From NCBI GenBank assembly GCA_976551045.1, contig CDPCPM010000056.1, forward strand, positions 28,768,001 through 28,832,000: a DNA stretch of 64,000 nt, written 5' to 3'. The translations under genes and the position numbers were made by a program. This document shows, piece by piece, positions 23,701-36,691 of the stretch. The notes beneath the pieces were generated by a model. The model was not told the DNA's origin, ran no database searches, and saw only the letters and a list, made by a program, of their open reading frames with translations. The first letter of the stretch is position 1, and the number at the start of each line of letters is the position of its first letter. The stretch comes from Glaucostegus cemiculus. Its lineage: Eukaryota.

Positions 23701-26700
23701 GATACCAAAAAAAATTTACATTTACATAGCACCTTTAATGTAGGAGTACTTTACAGATTGAGAACTAGGAAAGTTAAACCTAAAGGAAGGACATTAACCG
23801 CAGTGAACTTCATCTGAACTAGATTTTAAAGAAGATTTTGGAAGTGGTGAACACACACAGGACTTTAAGGTGGAATTTCAGGAAAGGGAACAAATATGAA
23901 CGTGCTGTTACAGTTCACAGAACAGAATCTTGAGCCCAAACAAGGCTAGGTTCAAATGAAAGGTCCAGAGGTGAGGAGATAAGCAAAATGACTGGGTCAA
24001 TCAGTCCCTTTGCTTTACCGAGCCACCATTTTTTGGATCAGACTTAGATTTTCCTACCAACTTCAAAAATATTTAACAGAGGTTCTTCTTTAGGACTTCC
24101 TATGCTCTCTTATGTGAGAAAATATTTTATTTGTTTGATTCTGAGCTCCTTTCCCCTCTTTCTCAACCAGCATTTCCTGCCTTGTTTCCAACGGTTTCAT
24201 TTATCACATTTACTTACAATACTCAGTGACAGAACAGTACTAACTTCTGAAGGGAAAAAAAATCACCTCCAATATAAATGTTTTCTTTCCTTAGAACAAT
24301 TCTAGTTAAAGCTGTTCCTTAACAAACACTGTTGTAATTGTAAAGCTAAATTTCCATTACTTAAACAAATGCCCCCATGAGGAAATCTTCCTAATCTTAC
24401 ATGAGGCCAGCTTTTAGTTAGGAGCCGGCGAGTAAATGTTTTTCTTCTTTGGGAAGTGACTTTTCAATTTTAAGGGAACACGAGTCTACACTATTTTGTT
24501 AGTGTTCTATCAAAATAAATAAAGCAATTAAAATATTTATTCTTCAAAGGGAAAAATAGAGTATGGGTATTATAGTTAAGAAATAAATCTTTATTCAGAT
24601 ATGTACAGAAAGAGACTAACTCAGCATGTTTTGGGCAAAAAATACTCTTTATCTTGTATTTATTTATATCAAGGCATTTAAGCAAAATATTCAGCTTGTT
24701 GAAATATACAACAGAGTATTGATGTCATATTATCACAAGTACCACATATGTGCAACAGAAATGACTTGGGGAGAAGGCTCAGTCCTAATTAAAATGCAAC
24801 TTTATTTGTGTGGGGCTGTTTAATGATATTGGCACCAGAAACTGCATGGGGACCACCAGGGATTTGGAAAGCTGTGGTGTAGCCACATTGGCTTCTTCAT
24901 GTGTGGTAAAGTAATTATTGTGGACAGGAATTTCCTGCTGGAAACACGTCCTCTGTTGTTCATACACTATGCGTGTGCCATAAATAATTGTAGGTGTGTT
25001 GAAAGAGACCCAATGTACATCAGATGTGATATGATCAAAATTTTCAGACCTCTTCTCAAACAAATTCACTTATTTCAATTTTTGATAAGTTGCGCTTTCA
25101 AGAGAATTTTCAGTGAATTTATCATCTCCAGAAGCCAATAAAGGAAAACATGGTGAGTTTTATGGTAATAGACCTGCACAGAAAATGTGGTGCATATAAG
25201 CAAATGATAAAGTGTAACAGTATGATATGAACTGCGTTAACAATATAAAGGGGGCAGATTATGAATTGCTTAAGTTGAATCAAGACTCCTTGATGGCGTG
25301 CAACAGAATAAGAAAAACATGACTCTTGGTCTGATGAAAGAGCAATATTTGTGCCACTTATGTTTCAGGCAATGATCATCATACACCATGCACTAGAAAA
25401 ACACCAACTACCATTCTCTATCAAGTGCACCATCCATTCATTTGAGGACATCGCTGATGAGAATCAACTTGGAGATGAAAACAGAGGATCTGAGGTGGAG
25501 TTTTCATCACTTCCCCTCAAAGCTCTCTAACTCCCCACAAAGCTTTTCCATCTTTCCTCAAAACCCCCCTCAAAGATTTTCCAACCCTCCTAAAATCTCC
25601 TCTACCACATCCCCCCTCAAAACCATTTTATCTCCTCTCAAACCCAGACACCAGGAACCCATAGGAGCATACACATTAGGCTTTTGTACTATTTGCAGGA
25701 TATGCTGCAGCAATTCATACTTTGACAGCATCTTGCAACCATTAAATGATTATCACTGCGGAGGACATGAGCAACAACATAAAGGGAACAACATGGCTTC
25801 CCCATCTCCCACAAATCACAAACTATCGCTATTTAAATGTTTATATCCATTCTTTCATTATTCTTTGGACAAAGTCCCAGGTTTCTCTATCTAGTTTTAT
25901 TGTGTCACCACAAAAGGAACAGTGGCAGAAGAAAAGCCCAACTAGTAATTCATCAGGGCAATTAGAGATGGTTAATGAATTTGCTCATGATAGCATTGTT
26001 AGACCAATGATGATAAAGAAATGGAATGAATGCACAATACATCATCAGTATATGAAGTGAATAAACAGAATGTATAGAACATAGAATTGTGATATGTGAT
26101 TGTGAATCTGGAATTTGGCAGGTTACTCTTCTTTACAGTCTGTTTCCATAGATCAGAACTTTCTGAAAATGCTTTCATTTCCTTTGACATCAACATAAGT
26201 TTACCATTGGTTTTGTCACTTCTCTCCATTTTTTTTATTTCCAATGGCAGCGATAAAATCATCACTTGAATGGATAATAACTTAAGATGAAATTTATTCA
26301 AGCCAATCCCATTGAGATATTACATTTGATTTTTCATGATTCTCCCTTCCTCAATCAAACACTTAGTTCAGGCATCAACTAGTTGCAAATACTGAATCAA
26401 AATGCTATGTTGATTAAGATGGCTTATCATTCCATGTACAGAATTAAATCAAGAAATGCCATGCCATACTTTAGTCCAAAATTATTCATTATTATTACTT
26501 CACTCCTGTATGGGAATCTCAGTTTCATGCCTCAGGCAATGATTGTTTTATATTTCAAAATATGAGTTAAATTTCAAGCATGCCCAAAGGTAGAGCAGAG
26601 TAAATCTTTCTGCTTTATTATTTGTCATGATATATTTCAATTTAGAGGATGGCAGTATAAAATTTTTAACTAAATTTTGATGAACTGAACAATGCTTTAA

Positions 26701-26819
26701 CCCCAAAATGCCAGCAATTTTGATTTTACAGTTCTGAAGAACAATGATTAATCTGTTTCTCTTTCAGCAGGCACTGCCTGACCTGTTGAGTGTCCCTCAC
26801 AGTCACAATATACGTGGAC

Positions 26820-27070
26820 AGCCATTAATGTCAGAGATGTGAAGAAGTTTCTTCACCCAAGTCATCACTGGAATTCATCACCCAAGGGGCTGTGGAAACT
26901 CAGTTACTAGATGCATTCAAGACAAAGATTGATAGAACTTTGGATATTAAGGGAATCAAGGGATAGGTGCGGGAAAATGGTGTCAAGGTACAGGATCTTA
27001 TTGAATGATAGAGTTGGAATGTGAGGCCGAATGCCTACACTTGCTCCTGTTTTGTTATTTTCTTATGTTC
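26820..27070 (+). mobile_element. CR1 3' fragment inserted within a Penelope-like tail
   Basis: TTCTTCACCCA...TTCAAGACAAAGATTGATAGA...GAGGCCGAATGCCTACACTTGCTCCTG. Penelope-like tail halves flank it (CTGCCTGACCTGTTGAGTG and TCCAGCATTTTC). Confidence 0.75.
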
Positions 27071-28139
27071 TCCAGCATTTTCTTTTTTATGTCAGATTTC
27101 CAGCATCTCCTGCATTTTGCTTCTGAACTTTTCAGCAGTTGGTTTTGCTTCTCTATCTGAAAATAAGAAAATAACACATAATGAAGGCTGATGCATTGAA
27201 CTATATTGAACATAACATTCTTGTATGTAACTTTTTTTCCCACTATCCACATAAAATCTTTGGCCTGACATTCTCTCTAAAGGCTTCAGAGGGACTCCCT
27301 AATTTGAACCAGATAAGATAAGAACTACTTTTCAAACAAAATGACTTGGCCAAGCAGCTTTGTTACTATCTTTTAAGTTCTCCAAATCATAGCCAATTTA
27401 ATAAATATTCTAAACCAGCCCATAAAATGAATTGAGTGGATTTGGCTTCTCTCTCAAAAGCTTGGCTCAGGGCAGGGTTGATTGTAATTATAGTAAGGAA
27501 AATCCAGGAAAAGGTCCGTAACTGTGAGTGAGGCTGGCACATACCCCCTTACATATTAAGACAGAGATAAAACAATCCAACATCATGCTATACCTTAAGC
27601 AATAATGTTTTATTTTGTCATTATATTCTCCTCTTTTTGACTCATTTCTTGTGAGTGCAACACACATTCATACTTATGTGTAAAACCTGTCATCATTTTC
27701 TTTAGGGAAACATGACCTAGTTGTTCTAACACAATTCAAATGTAACCAGACTAATTGTGGTCAGAATACACACTAAATGTAGTCCCAGACAAACATGATT
27801 GTAAATCAGGCAGCATCCAGATGACACTTAAACATCACTTTTCATTTGCTGAATAATCATGGCAATAGTTTTCAACCCAGCAAAAGCCTACAGGGATTTT
27901 CAATAACTTTCCACTTAACAAAAACATTTTCAAAATAAATGGACCAGGGCACTTGGCTGGGATTTGGCAACTGCATCAGTTAATGGCATAGCTATAGTAC
28001 TATAGTTACCAATAATCATACCAGCTCAAGGGCAGTCTATGTCTGTTTCTTGGTCATGAGGTGGATCCTGAGTGTGACTGCTTCCATCATTGCTTTATCA
28101 AGGCTCAGGTGATCTAAATATTGGCTATTAATACCAGGG

Positions 28140-28520
28140 CAAAATAATTGCAGGTTAGAAATATGAAAGTCATGTAGGCCAGGCATTATCTGTGGAAAGT
28201 GAAGCAGAATTAATGTTTCAGATCATTTAATCAGAACTGGAAATGAAACAAGTTCTATGGTGCAGAGAAAGGGTGAGGTGGGAGAAGAGAACAAATGGGA
28301 AAAGCTGTGAGAGGGTGAAAGCCAGGAGAAATTAAAGGACAAAAGGGCTGAAAGTGCAAGGATGTAGCAACAAGTTAAATAGCATACAGCTGTGAATGCC
28401 AAATAATTAACTGAAATTACTAAAAGTATGTAGATGTTGGAAGCGGAAATAAAAATGTCAGAAATGTTGATTACCTTAAATTGCTGAATTCAAAGTTGAC
28501 TACTAAAGCCTGTAATGAAT
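28140..28520 (-). mobile_element. Penelope-like element 3' part
   Basis: Reverse tail CAGGCATTATCTGTGGAAAGTGAAGCAGAATTAATGTTTCAG; the minus frame ends LQALVVNFEFSNLR*. Confidence 0.65.
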
Positions 28521-28794
28521 TCTGTCAGAAAGTTAGATTTTAAGCAATTTATAAATGAAAACAATTGTTTAAATGATTGGAGATAAAATCAAGCTTTATG
28601 TCTAGTTTAACCCGCCTACCATCAAAGGATTTCAAAAACTTTCCATGTGAAATAATGACTTATCTATACTTCCTTCAGATAGAGATCTGTATTTGCTGCT
28701 CACATTGTGTTCTCCTTGACTTTAGAGATGATGCTTTGTGGAATACTTCCATTCAGTCTGCAATTGAGGCCACAAGTTTATAAGCACTTAAAAA

Positions 28795-28906
28795 AAGAAA
28801 ACAGGAGTAGGAGTGGGCCATTTGGCCATTTGACCCTGCTGCACAATACAATCATGGCTGATCATCCATCTCAATAGTATATTCCTGCTCTCTCTCTCTC
28901 TCTCTC

Positions 28907-28941
<35 letters not shown>

Positions 28942-29270
28942 CTCTCTCCCCTCAGTTCCTAATTCCTCTGAATTCTAGAAAGTTATCTTTCTCTGTCTTA
29001 AATATATTAATTGACTTGGCTTCTACAGCCCCCTTAGATACTCATTTCTAATTGTTCACTCTTCTCTGGGTGAAGAGGTTTCTCCTCATTTCAGTCCTAA
29101 ATCTCTTACCCTGCACATTTGACAACTGTGACCCATCATTCTAGATACTAGAGCTAAGGAAACAACCTCCCCATAAACAGTCTGACTAGTCCTGACAGAA
29201 TTTGTAAGTTAGATCTCTTCTTATTCTTCTAAACTCTGGTGAGTATAAACCAATTTGCAATACTATTTGC
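28795..29270 (-). mobile_element. Degenerate CR1 LINE 3' fragment containing a (CT)n expansion
   Basis: Minus-strand GLYSPEFRRIRRDL (ORF 29186-29383); reverse-complement tail ACAGGAGTAG...GGCCATTTGGCC. Confidence 0.85.
28888..28948. repeat. Imperfect (CT)n microsatellite
   Basis: Direct reading. Confidence 0.98.
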
Positions 29271-29869
29271 ATCCTCTTCGTGGTAGGCAGAATCAATTTA
29301 AGTATCTGTGTCATTGCCCTGCCATTTCCCTGTTCCCCATTATGAATACTTCCATTCCTGACTGTAGTGGACCTGCACTTCACTAATCATTTTCTTTTTT
29401 CATAGTCTGTAGAAATTTTTACCATCCATTTCGATATTACTTTTGCACTCTGCTTTGGCTTGCTAATCAATAGTTTGTTCTTCTTTGCTGAAATCTGAGC
29501 TGCTCACAGTCCTTCAGTTTACCATTCTATGTAACTCCTCCATGGATCTAACAGTATCCTTAACTTCTTTTATTGAACATGGTGATGACACTTATCCTTT
29601 TCTTTTTGACATCAGATAGGAGTGTATAACTGTTGCAGTTCCTGCATTTGTTCTTTAAATGTGAGCCAATTGTCACTATATTTCTGCAACTCACTCCCTT
29701 TTGAACTCTTATGAGTAACAAACTGCAATATGTATTATTATTGATAGTTTACTTCTTATCTTCTTCAATGTATGGCATTGTACGGTACAGTATCACACAA
29801 GTAAGTTATTGAACTAGTCTCATGAAGTCTGCACTATAAGTGCAGTAGAATGAGACCGAATCCTATTAT

Positions 29870-30165
29870 GGCACTCACCAAGTTTAAATTCAAGTAATTA
29901 AACAAAATCAGGACTAGAAAGCTAGTATCAGTGACAGTGATGATGAAACTGTGGGGTTGTTATAAGAACCCATCTGGTTCACAAATGTCCATCAGGCAAA
30001 GAAATATGTCATCCCTAAACTGTTTGACCTGTCAGTACCTCCAGAACCATCAATGTGCTTGGCTGTTAACTGACCTTAAAAATGGCCTCAAGGCTGATTA
30101 GTGATTGAGAATAGATGCTGGTCTTTCTGAGGATACACACATCCTGTTACTGAATAAATAAATAA
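29870..30165 (+). mobile_element. Elasmobranch SINE-like repeat with a CR1-group tail (family not named)
   Basis: AACCCATCTGGTTCACAAATGTCC...CTCCAGAACC...AAATGGCCT...CACATCC...GAATAAATAAA. Related fragments at about 21110-21310 (+) and 63240-63360 (-). Confidence 0.6.
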
Positions 30166-30359
30166 GAATAACTGTATGGTCACTATAATAATCTTTTTTA
30201 TGATAATCTTTATAAGAATCACTATAATAATTTTTTACAATTGATGTTATGGTAATTAACTACAGCTGATTTTTTAAAAATTTCATTTCTACATTCATAT
30301 AATTAGGTTCAGGCTCATAGTACACCACTGCATAGCAAAAATGTGGTGGCAGGATTTCT

Positions 30360-30700
30360 ATTAAATTTAGTCCAGTGCTTCAGTGCGGTCCTGAAGATGT
30401 GCTATACAGTGAGAGGTACCGTCTGTCAAATTAGTCATAAATTTGACTCCACACCTGCCTGCTCAGGTGGATGTACAACATCCTTTAAGGAAGAAGAGTA
30501 GGGCATTTGTATCATAGTCAATATTTAAACTTCAGCTAACATGATTAGACAATATCAATTAGTCATTATCATTTGTTGTTTATAATTTATTGTTAAAGTG
30601 TGAATTTGCTGCCATATTTCCTACATTACATTAGCAACACTTTGTCTACGTTAGGTATAATCCTCTATGGGATGTCCTAGATTATGAAAGGTGCTTTCTT
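30360..30700 (+). mobile_element. Deu-domain SINE (SacSINE1/AmnSINE1-like)
   Basis: GAGGTACCGTCT...CTCAGGTGGATGTA...GAAGAAGAG...GTCATTATCA...GCTGCCATATTTCCTACATTACA...GGGATGTCCT...GAAAGGTGCT, matching my recollection of the Deu domain and its tail. Confidence 0.75.
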
Positions 30701-32129
30701 TTGTTTATTAATTTATGAAATGTGGGCATCAGTCCAAGCCACCATTTATTGCGTATCCCTGTTTGCCCTTCTTGAACCACAGCAGTCATTCTGGTGAAGC
30801 CGTTCCCATGATGCATTTGGGTAAGGAGTTCCAGGGAATGCAGTCCCAGCAATAATGGAGGAACTGCAATATATTTTCAAGTCAGGATGGGAGGTAAATC
30901 TAAGTCCTTTTATTTGAAAGATACAGGGTATACAATAATTTCTAATTGTTGCAAAGTATATCAACTGCTGTGTTAATTAGATATTTGTACAGACGGCAAT
31001 AATCAGATTTTTCTGGGCATGGGCTGTAAAAAGCCATAACATCAGTGAAGAGGGCTTGCCTTATGCGCAAAAGGAAACACTGGAAAAGCACAGCAGGTAA
31101 TGATTTTTTTTAATTACACTTTTCATGTTTTGTGAGAAATCAAACCACCCAGCTCCTCAGCTGTCAATGAACTATGTCAGTGTTGGAGCATTATTCATTT
31201 CAGTGGACATGTTCTTGTGTGGTCTGTTTCTGAGCAAGCTTCTGCAGTCAAATAGTACTAAGATTATTACTAACCATCATCTTTTTTTGATCTTCTCTCA
31301 AATTCTAACATTTTCTTGCATGTAAACTGGATGCAGTTTCAGTAACAATTCAGTGTTATTAGTTAGCAGCAATTACTGGTGCAATTTTCCCAATACAAAT
31401 AGAATTCATGCAATTTATCCCAATATTCTAATCCTTATCCCTCAAGAGTCAAAGGTCAGTTATCATATGGTTACTTATGTTACATAGCTTCTTTTTCCAA
31501 AGTTCAAAGTTTGTTCACCTTTTACAGAATGTAAACTTTCTCCCCGCTCTGGGAGAACAGATCATGTAGAGCATACTGAAGCCTCTATCCGTAAATATAT
31601 TTCATGCTTTGCAAGTTAGTGGAGACCCAAATGGTACTGGTCTGAGCTAAATTAATGTTGCTTTTATCGATGCTATAGGGTTCCTGAATAGAAGCCTCTC
31701 TTGAATGGTACAGAAAGCTGGCCCCTTACTATTGGGTTAACTGCTCTATATTAATTTCCTCTATAGGAACCCCGGTCTTCATCTGCCCAATCCTCATTTT
31801 CTGTTGAAGTCAACAGAAATGAAAACTCAGCTTTTTAGAATGGGCAAATGATCCACAGCACTAGATTTCTACCAAATGGCAAGTTGAAAATCTACTCCTT
31901 TAGCAAGGTGGAATTATTATGGTTGCTTCCTCGACCATTAATTTAACTGCTATGTTAGATCAAAAGATTAACAGGGTTGAATTGATTCTGGGAATTCATT
32001 GGTAACTGCAATATTTGTATTCCTTTTACAAAAGGAAATTACAACCAAACCTGCTAAAAAGAACACCAAATGCATGTCAACTATTTTAGAAGGGAAAGTG
32101 ATGGAAATTCAACAATAACATATGTGGAT

Positions 32130-33010
32130 GTCACAAATGTTGGTCTTGTGGACAGTAAGGATGGTTGTCTAAGGCTACAACAGGATATAGATCAGATGGA
32201 AAGTTGGGCAGAACATTGGCAGATGGAATCCTGACAAGTGTAAGGTGATATATTCTAGGAAGTCAAATAAGCAAAGGACTTAAGCCATAATTGGTAGAAT
32301 GCTAAGAAACGTTGAACAGAAGGACATTGGAGTTTAGGTCCATAGTTCACTGAAACTGGTAACACAAGCAGATAGACTGATTAAAAAAATAAGGCCTAGG
32401 GCATGCTTGTGTTCATAGTTTGGGGCACAGAATATAAAAGTTGGAACATTATGTTGCACTTTACAAAATATGGTTTGACCATACTTGGAGTATTGCGTGC
32501 AGTTTGGATCACTACACTATAGGAAGGATGTGGGTTGTGATGGAGACTGTGCAGAGGAGATTCTCTAGGAAGTTGCCTGGATTGGAAGACACCATTTCTA
32601 GGGAGAGATTGAATAGGCTGAGCTTGTTTTCCCCAGAAGCAAAGGAGGCTGTGGGGTGACCTGATAGACGTACATAAGATTATAAGAGGCATACACAGGG
32701 TAGGTAACCAGAATTTATTTCCCATGGTAGGGGTATCAAAAACAAGAAAGCATAGCATTGAGGCGAGAGGAAGGAGGTTTAAAGGGAATTTGAAGGAAAC
32801 ATTTTTCACAAGAGAGTGGTTGATACCTGGAGCTCACTGCCAGAGGAAATGGTGGACTCAGACACAATTACAGGTTTTAGGAGACATTTAGGCAGAAACT
32901 TTAATAGGCAAGACAAATGTAACTGATGTGGGCAAATGGGAATAGTGTAGAAGGTCAGCATGGATGCAGTGGGCTGAAGGGCCCATATCTGCTCTGTATA
33001 ACTCTATGAC
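32130..33010 (+). mobile_element. Degenerate CR1/HER1 LINE 3' fragment
   Basis: Frameshifted RT C-terminus (LEYCVQF, QRRFSRKLPGLE, ERLNRLSLFS) and tail GGGCTGAAGGGCCC...ACTCTATGACTC. Confidence 0.9.
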
Positions 33011-33439
33011 TCCAATATGAATAGCTTTAAAAATCATATTCACTCACATTACAACCAGGAATATTCTTATTCATAGTTATAATTATCCAATAACATTATC
33101 CACTTTACCACTACGAATTGTTAAACCTTTCATGTTCAATTTGTCATTGACAAAAGGTGTAAAAATTAACTGAAAGCAATTTTGCCTTTAACACAGAAAG
33201 AGATTTTAGATAAACCACAGTAAAGCTATTGATCTGAGATGACAATGTCAATTAACATAACTGAAATAATAAAATTTCAATGCAAGACAGCCATCCAAGC
33301 ATTGAAAGTGGTGCAGAAAAACCCCATTTCTCGCAGTAGGGAGAAACATGTCTAAGGTAAGCATTTTGTTAGGTCTTATCAAGGGATTATTAGCATAAAG
33401 CATGGAATTGCGGGCAACTCTATGCATGGATTAATAATT

Positions 33440-34490
33440 AGTTGAAAGGTAGGAGACACCAGGACAATAATAATCTCCATTTATATAGTTGCAGCAATTC
33501 TCCCAGGAACCTTGATAAAACTTAGCAGAAGGCATTGAGGAAAACTCTCCAGCTGTTAGAGTCATATCACACATAAATAAAGATGCTTGCTTTTGTTAGA
33601 GGTCAATCAACCAGCCACAGAACATCAATGCAAGAATTCCTTAAGGCAATATCCTTGGCCCATCCATCTTCAGCTGCTACACCAATGACCTTCCTTCCTT
33701 CATAAGATCATAGATGAGTTATTCAATATGATTCCAGAATGCTTAATTTAATTCACAGCTCCTTGTAAAATTGAGCAACCCATGCTTACATGCCAAAGAT
33801 CTTAACAGTGTACAGGCAATCGCTGATATGAGGCAAGGTAACATTAAGCAAAGTTCATTTCTAACAAGAGAGAGTCTAACAATGCACATCTGACATTCAA
33901 TGACATTACCATCACCAAGGCCCCCACACCAACTTGAGGGACACATTGACCAGAAACTTAGCTATATTAGCTCATATATTTTGTGGCTACATGAGTTCCC
34001 TGGTATCCTCTGACATATCACTCATTTCCTGAGATGCCAAAGTATTTCTACCACATCTAACACACAAAACTGGAGTGTAATGGAATGCTCTCCAACTTCT
34101 TGGATTAGTGCAGCTCCAGCAATACTCAAGAACCATATTATCATCCATAACAAAGCAGGTCAGCTGAACTGGCATCCTATCCACAGCCCAAAATGGTCAA
34201 TCTATCCACTGGGTGCAATGTGCATCATCTACAACCTTTAGTGCAGTTACACATCAAGTTATTCTGACAACCCCTTCCAGACCTGTGACCTCTACCACCA
34301 GGAAGGACAAGAGAAGCAAGCACATGGGAACACCACTAGCTGCAGTTTCCCCTCCAAATGATACACCATCCTGATTCAGAATGAAATCACAATTCCTGCA
34401 TTACAATGTTGTTAGGTGGGGAGTTCCAGGATTTAGACCCAACAACATTATGGGAGTATCTTCACTTCTGTGGTTCAAAAGGGGGCTCAC
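33440..34490 (+). mobile_element. Old CR1-group LINE, RT and 3' tail fragment
   Basis: IEGKLSSC.ES...VRGQSTS...P.GNILGPSIFSCYTNDLP...IDQKL...GVMECSPTSWISAAPAIL. Related relics at about 860-1060, 25340-26000, 30700-30900 and 61230-63010. Confidence 0.75.
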
Positions 34491-34829
34491 CCAAGGCGGC
34501 CTCTTGGGTGAGCCACCTTTGTGAACAGGTGCAGTTCAATGTAGTTGGGCAGGGAGTTGCAGGATTTTGACACAGCGATGTTGAAGGGGTGCTAATTTAG
34601 TTCCAAAGGCCACACCCTGAGAAAATGAATTTAACAGAAGGCAGTATGTTGTTGGTGGCTGAATTCACACCTATTAAATTTGCTGTACTCAAGAAAACAG
34701 AAGTAGAGGACTATGAGTTAGCCAGTCATAGGGCTAGAGAAGGACACAGAGATAAGGATAAGTAAAGCCATGGAAAGACTTACGAACAACAAAAATACAG
34801 ATTATGGATTTGTTCTCTGAATGCTGAGG

Positions 34830-35330
34830 TGTAATGTGAAGACCCCTGGATATCTGTACTGAGTCCTTAACTTTTCACATGTATACTAATTACAAATGTA
34901 AGAATATAGAGTTGAATATCCAAATTTTCAAAAAATACTAAGTTAGAAACATGATTAGTTGTTTGGATGGGAACAGGAAGTTGCACAAGGACAGCTAGAG
35001 ACCAAATATGTTACACAAACTTTAGCAGATGAATTTCAATGTGGACATTTGTGATGTTGATCACTATGGATGTGAGAAAAATAAATAAGACTTAGAAAAT
35101 AGACCATAAAGGAGCAAAACTGTTTAACTTTCTATTAACACAAATTGTCAAAGGCCAGCGCACAGCTACAAAAATTAAAAGTGAGGAACTGATGGTTTAG
35201 TTGTTTAAGGTCTTGGTTAAGCATTATTTACTCTTTTATGTTTAGTTGTAGGCATGAAACTACACAAAAGATATACTGCCCTTGGAAGGATACAAGTTAG
35301 AATGATTCCAGGGGTAAAGGGTAGGGAAGA
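34830..35330 (+). mobile_element. Very old CR1 RT relic
   Basis: GGATATCTGTACTGAGTCC..ACTTTTCAC (QGSVLGP-like), ATATCCAAATTT (ISKF), CAGATGAATTTCAATGTGGAC (QMNFNVD). Confidence 0.55.
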
Positions 35331-35594
35331 CAGAAATTTCTTCTTGTGAGTGAATCATATTAAGAGTCCACAACCTTAATTTTAGAGTTAATTTATTAAG
35401 GGGTGAAATTCGGGAACACTTCTTCATACCTGTGAAATTGTGATTATGAAGCACTTAATGAAAATACAGCAAGTGTTCAGCGATTAGTCAAACAAAAGCT
35501 GTTTACAAAGGGAAAATTCAGAGATTTTTTTTTTGGATCAATTAATGTCCATATCGCAAAGCACAGCCAGTTCAAAAACTGAAGATTGACAAAG

Positions 35595-35781
35595 CAACAG
35601 ATGCTGGAAATCTGAAAGAGAAACAGCAAATGTTGGAAACACTCAACAGGTCAGGCTGCATCTTTGGAAAGAGAAACAAAGTTAATGTTTCAGATCCAGA
35701 ACCTTTCATCAAAAGTCCTGAAACATTTACTGTTTCTCTTTCCACATATTATGCCTGAACTACTGAGTGTTTCCAGCATCT
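35595..35781. mobile_element. Short palindromic Penelope-derived element, right arm split by the CR1 insertion
   Basis: CAGATGCTGGAAATCTGAAA...GAGAAACAAAGTTAATGTTTCAG and CTGAAACATTTACTGTTTCTC...GAGTGTTTCCAGCATC. The arm resumes at 36692. Confidence 0.85.
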
Positions 35782-36691
35782 GTAAGTTTGCAGATGACAC
35801 CAAGATCGGTGGTGTGGTAGATAGTGTGGAGGACTGTAGGAGCTTACAGGGGGATATTGATAGGATGCAGAACTGGGCTGACAGGTGGCAGATGGAGTTT
35901 AATCCAGAGAAGTGTGAGGTGGTGCACTTTGGGAGGACAAACTCCAGGACAGAGTATAAGGTAAATGGCAAGGTTCTTGGCAGTGTAGAGGAGCAGAGGG
36001 ATCTGGGGGTTCATATCCACAGTTCACTCAAAGTTGCCTCGCAGGTGGATAGGGCTGTTAAGAAGGCTTATGGGATGTTGCCTTTTATAAATAAAGGGAT
36101 TGAGTTCAAGAGCAGAGAGGTGATGATGCTGCTTTACAAAACTCTAGTTAGGCCTCACTTGGAATATTGTGTTCAGTTCTGGTCGCCGCATTATAGGAAG
36201 GATGTTGAGGCGTTGGAGAGGGTGCAGAGGCGATTTACCAGGATGATGCCTGGATTGGAGGGTATGGAATATAGAGAGAGGCTGAAGGTGCTAGGGCTCT
36301 ACTCATTAGAGAGGAGGAGGATGAGAGGGGACTTGATAGAGGTGTTTAAGATATTGAGAGGAATAGATAGAGTTAATAGTCAGCGCCTCTTTCCCAGAGC
36401 GCAGATGCTCAAGACAAGAGGGCATGCCTTTAAGATAATTGGTGGAAAGTATAGGGGAGATGTCAGAGGGAAGTTTTTCACCCAGAGAGTGGTTGGTGCA
36501 TGGAATACACTGCCTGGGGTGGTAGTGGAGGCAGATACATTGGACAGGTTTAAGAGATTGTTAGATAAGCACATGGAAGAATGTGGAATAGTAGGATCTG
36601 AGGGTGGAAAGAGTTAGTTTGGGAGATGTTTGTAGGATGGCACAGCTTGATGGGCTGAAGGGCCTGTTCTGTGCTGTATTGTTCTATTGTT
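35782..36691 (+). mobile_element. Young 5'-truncated CR1 (HER1-like) LINE: RT C-terminus plus 3' tail
   Basis: Uninterrupted frame CKFADDTKIGG...WQMEFNPEKCEVVHFG...ERDLGV...LVRPHLEYCVQFWSP...FFTQRVVGAWNTLP. Tail TGGGCTGAAGGGCCTGTTCTGTGCTG followed by a (TATTGTTC) repeat. Candidate target-site duplication CATCT at 35777-35781 and 36692-36696. Confidence 0.95.

Noticed and set aside
25442-26060. 150-aa Pro/Ser-rich ORF and its neighbour
   Set aside because: They derive from a C/T-rich low-complexity tract within an old LINE relic.
35664-36617. 317-aa ORF as a host gene
   Set aside because: It is a truncated CR1 RT C-terminus fused in frame by chance to Penelope-derived flank, with a non-ATG start and no promoter evidence.
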